Assembly: GCF_001194135.2 (NCBI RefSeq)
Contig: NC_068987.1
Span: 89,181,799-89,245,798, forward strand
DNA from: Octopus bimaculoides
Taxonomy: Eukaryota
DNA length: 64,000 nucleotides
Direction of reading: 5' to 3'
In this document: positions 62,458 to 64,000 of the stretch, in pieces
Layout: each line of letters begins with the position of its first letter
How positions within the stretch are numbered: position 1 is the first letter of the stretch
Made by a program: the position numbers and the translations under genes
Notes under the pieces: generated by a model
The model's input: the letters and a program-made list of their open reading frames with translations, nothing else
Databases searched by the model: none
What the model was told of the DNA's origin: nothing

Positions 62458-63247
62458 ACACACATTGTTAGTTTAAACCAATGCTGTAACTAGTGTGTAT
62501 ATCGATTTCCTTTATTTTTATCATACATAAATTATATATGTTTATCCTAAGTTAATTTTGCTTTATTTTTTCCTAAATAGTTATTTACTGATTGATTGGA
62601 GAAATTTATTTTATTTAAATGTCAAAATCAGATTTGTTTGTCAATGATATCCAACAATTCCAATTATTTTGCCAGATATTTCTTTCAGTTAGATATCAAG
62701 TTTGCATTGTTGTAATTATAACTTTGTAAATGTCAGTTGTGTATTTGGATTTGAGATATTGACTGATAAAGTTGTAAAATATTCTACAAAGCTAATAATT
62801 CACTCCATTCTTAGTATACGTTATCCTTCAGGTAAGTTTTGGTCAATCACATGAAGAACCATACAGAGTAAGAAATTCTGAAGTTTATTACTTATTCCAT
62901 CACTACTCAAAGAAATGAACCAGTTTTGTACATCTTTGAGTTATAAATGGTAGAAGAAAAAAAACAAATGAGAAACTTGGAATTGCAACAGAGGAAAACT
63001 TTGCTTTTCATTACATTCGTACCAGGGTTATACCTGGAATTATTGGGCCAGTTGGATATGTAACCAACTGCCTCAGTACCAGAATTGAGAAATTAGGGTT
63101 CTCAAAACCAGGCAGAAGAATGCTAATTAGATTACAGACACAAGTCATCACTGGAACTATCAAAATATATAAGACTTTCCAAAAGTTTAGGATATAAATA
63201 CATATACATACCTTGACATGCAACTATACATAAGAGTATACATATGT

Positions 63248-63526
63248 CGTTGCCAATGCCACTGGACTGGCTCCTGTGCAGGTGGCATGTAATAAAAAAC
63301 ACCTTTTTGAGCGTGGCCGTTGCCAGTACCGTGTGACTGGCGCTCGTGCTGGTGGCATGTAAAAGCACCCACTACACTCTCAGAGTGGTTGGTGTTAGGA
63401 ATGGCATCCAGCTGTAGAAACTTTGCCAGATCAGATTGGAGCCTGGTGCAGCCTCTTGGCTTGCTAGTCCTCAATGAAATCGTCCAACCCATGCCAGCAT
63501 GGAAAATGGACGTTAAACGATGATGA
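63248..63526 (+). mobile_element. Family C copy
   Basis: Same motifs, (GAT)n end. Confidence 0.82.
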
Positions 63527-63954
63527 AAATGAAACCTACAGACCTGAACGTGCACTGGCCCCAAACACTTATACATATACACACACACACATATGCAAGT
63601 ACTCTGTTGTGGAAATTCCAATGACGAAGCCTTGAATCTAGGTTAGAAACCAGCTTTTTCTTTTATTTTTTTCTTGCAGTTGGTAAGAAATGGAAATAAA
63701 ACTAAAGACCACACAACACGTACACACGTGTGTTGTGATTTAAGTGTATCTTGTCGATCTGATACATTTGCAGCATCACAGCTGCTTTAAATTAGTCATG
63801 TGCTCTGTTGTATGTTTTGTCTGTGTTCTCTTACAACAATTTGAAAAATATAAACAAACATAGAAGGGATGTGTAGTGTTTGATGTATAGAGCTTATGTA
63901 ATAATAATAATAATGATATATTGTAAAATCCGTTTTGTTTGTTTCTTTGTACAG

Positions 63955-64000
63955 GCAGAACAATCTCCACCACCAACTCTCCCCAAATATGGCATGGATG
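63955..64000 (+). CDS. Start of next exon (AEQSPPPTLPKYGMD...), runs off the window
   Basis: TTTGTTTGTTTCTTTGTACAG acceptor; open in phase 0 to the window end, compatible with the donors at 54029 and 59085. Confidence 0.68.

Overview
Eukaryotic, AT-rich, microsatellite- and SINE-dense sequence with six N gaps. The repeat content resembles an octopus/coleoid cephalopod genome (inference). Nearly the whole window is intronic sequence of one plus-strand gene. Its exons at 46017-46092 and 53855-54028 encode the N-terminal YNxxYEG / EGxLxIxW / PIxL motif block of the RASSF2/4/6 family. Phase-compatible candidate exons lie at 11698-12356, 58950-59084 and 63955-end. A putative internal TATA/CRE/AP-1 promoter with an 11-nt coding first exon (18942-18952) would give a short isoform. 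The introns hold at least four SINE-like families, a deleted maT/DD37D-like transposon, two Helitron-like elements, several MITEs (two with TTAGGG repeats), an RTE LINE fragment and long fold-back palindromes. The most striking system is a Penelope-like element (GIY-YIG remnant). Its terminal repeat carries a tRNA-like Pol III promoter followed by a minimal type I hammerhead ribozyme, with four insertions and six ribozyme-bearing arms. A second, unrelated hammerhead occurs twice in a 79-bp palindrome at 50.2 kb. SINE boundaries are approximate (about 10-20 bp). No database searches or folding programs were run.
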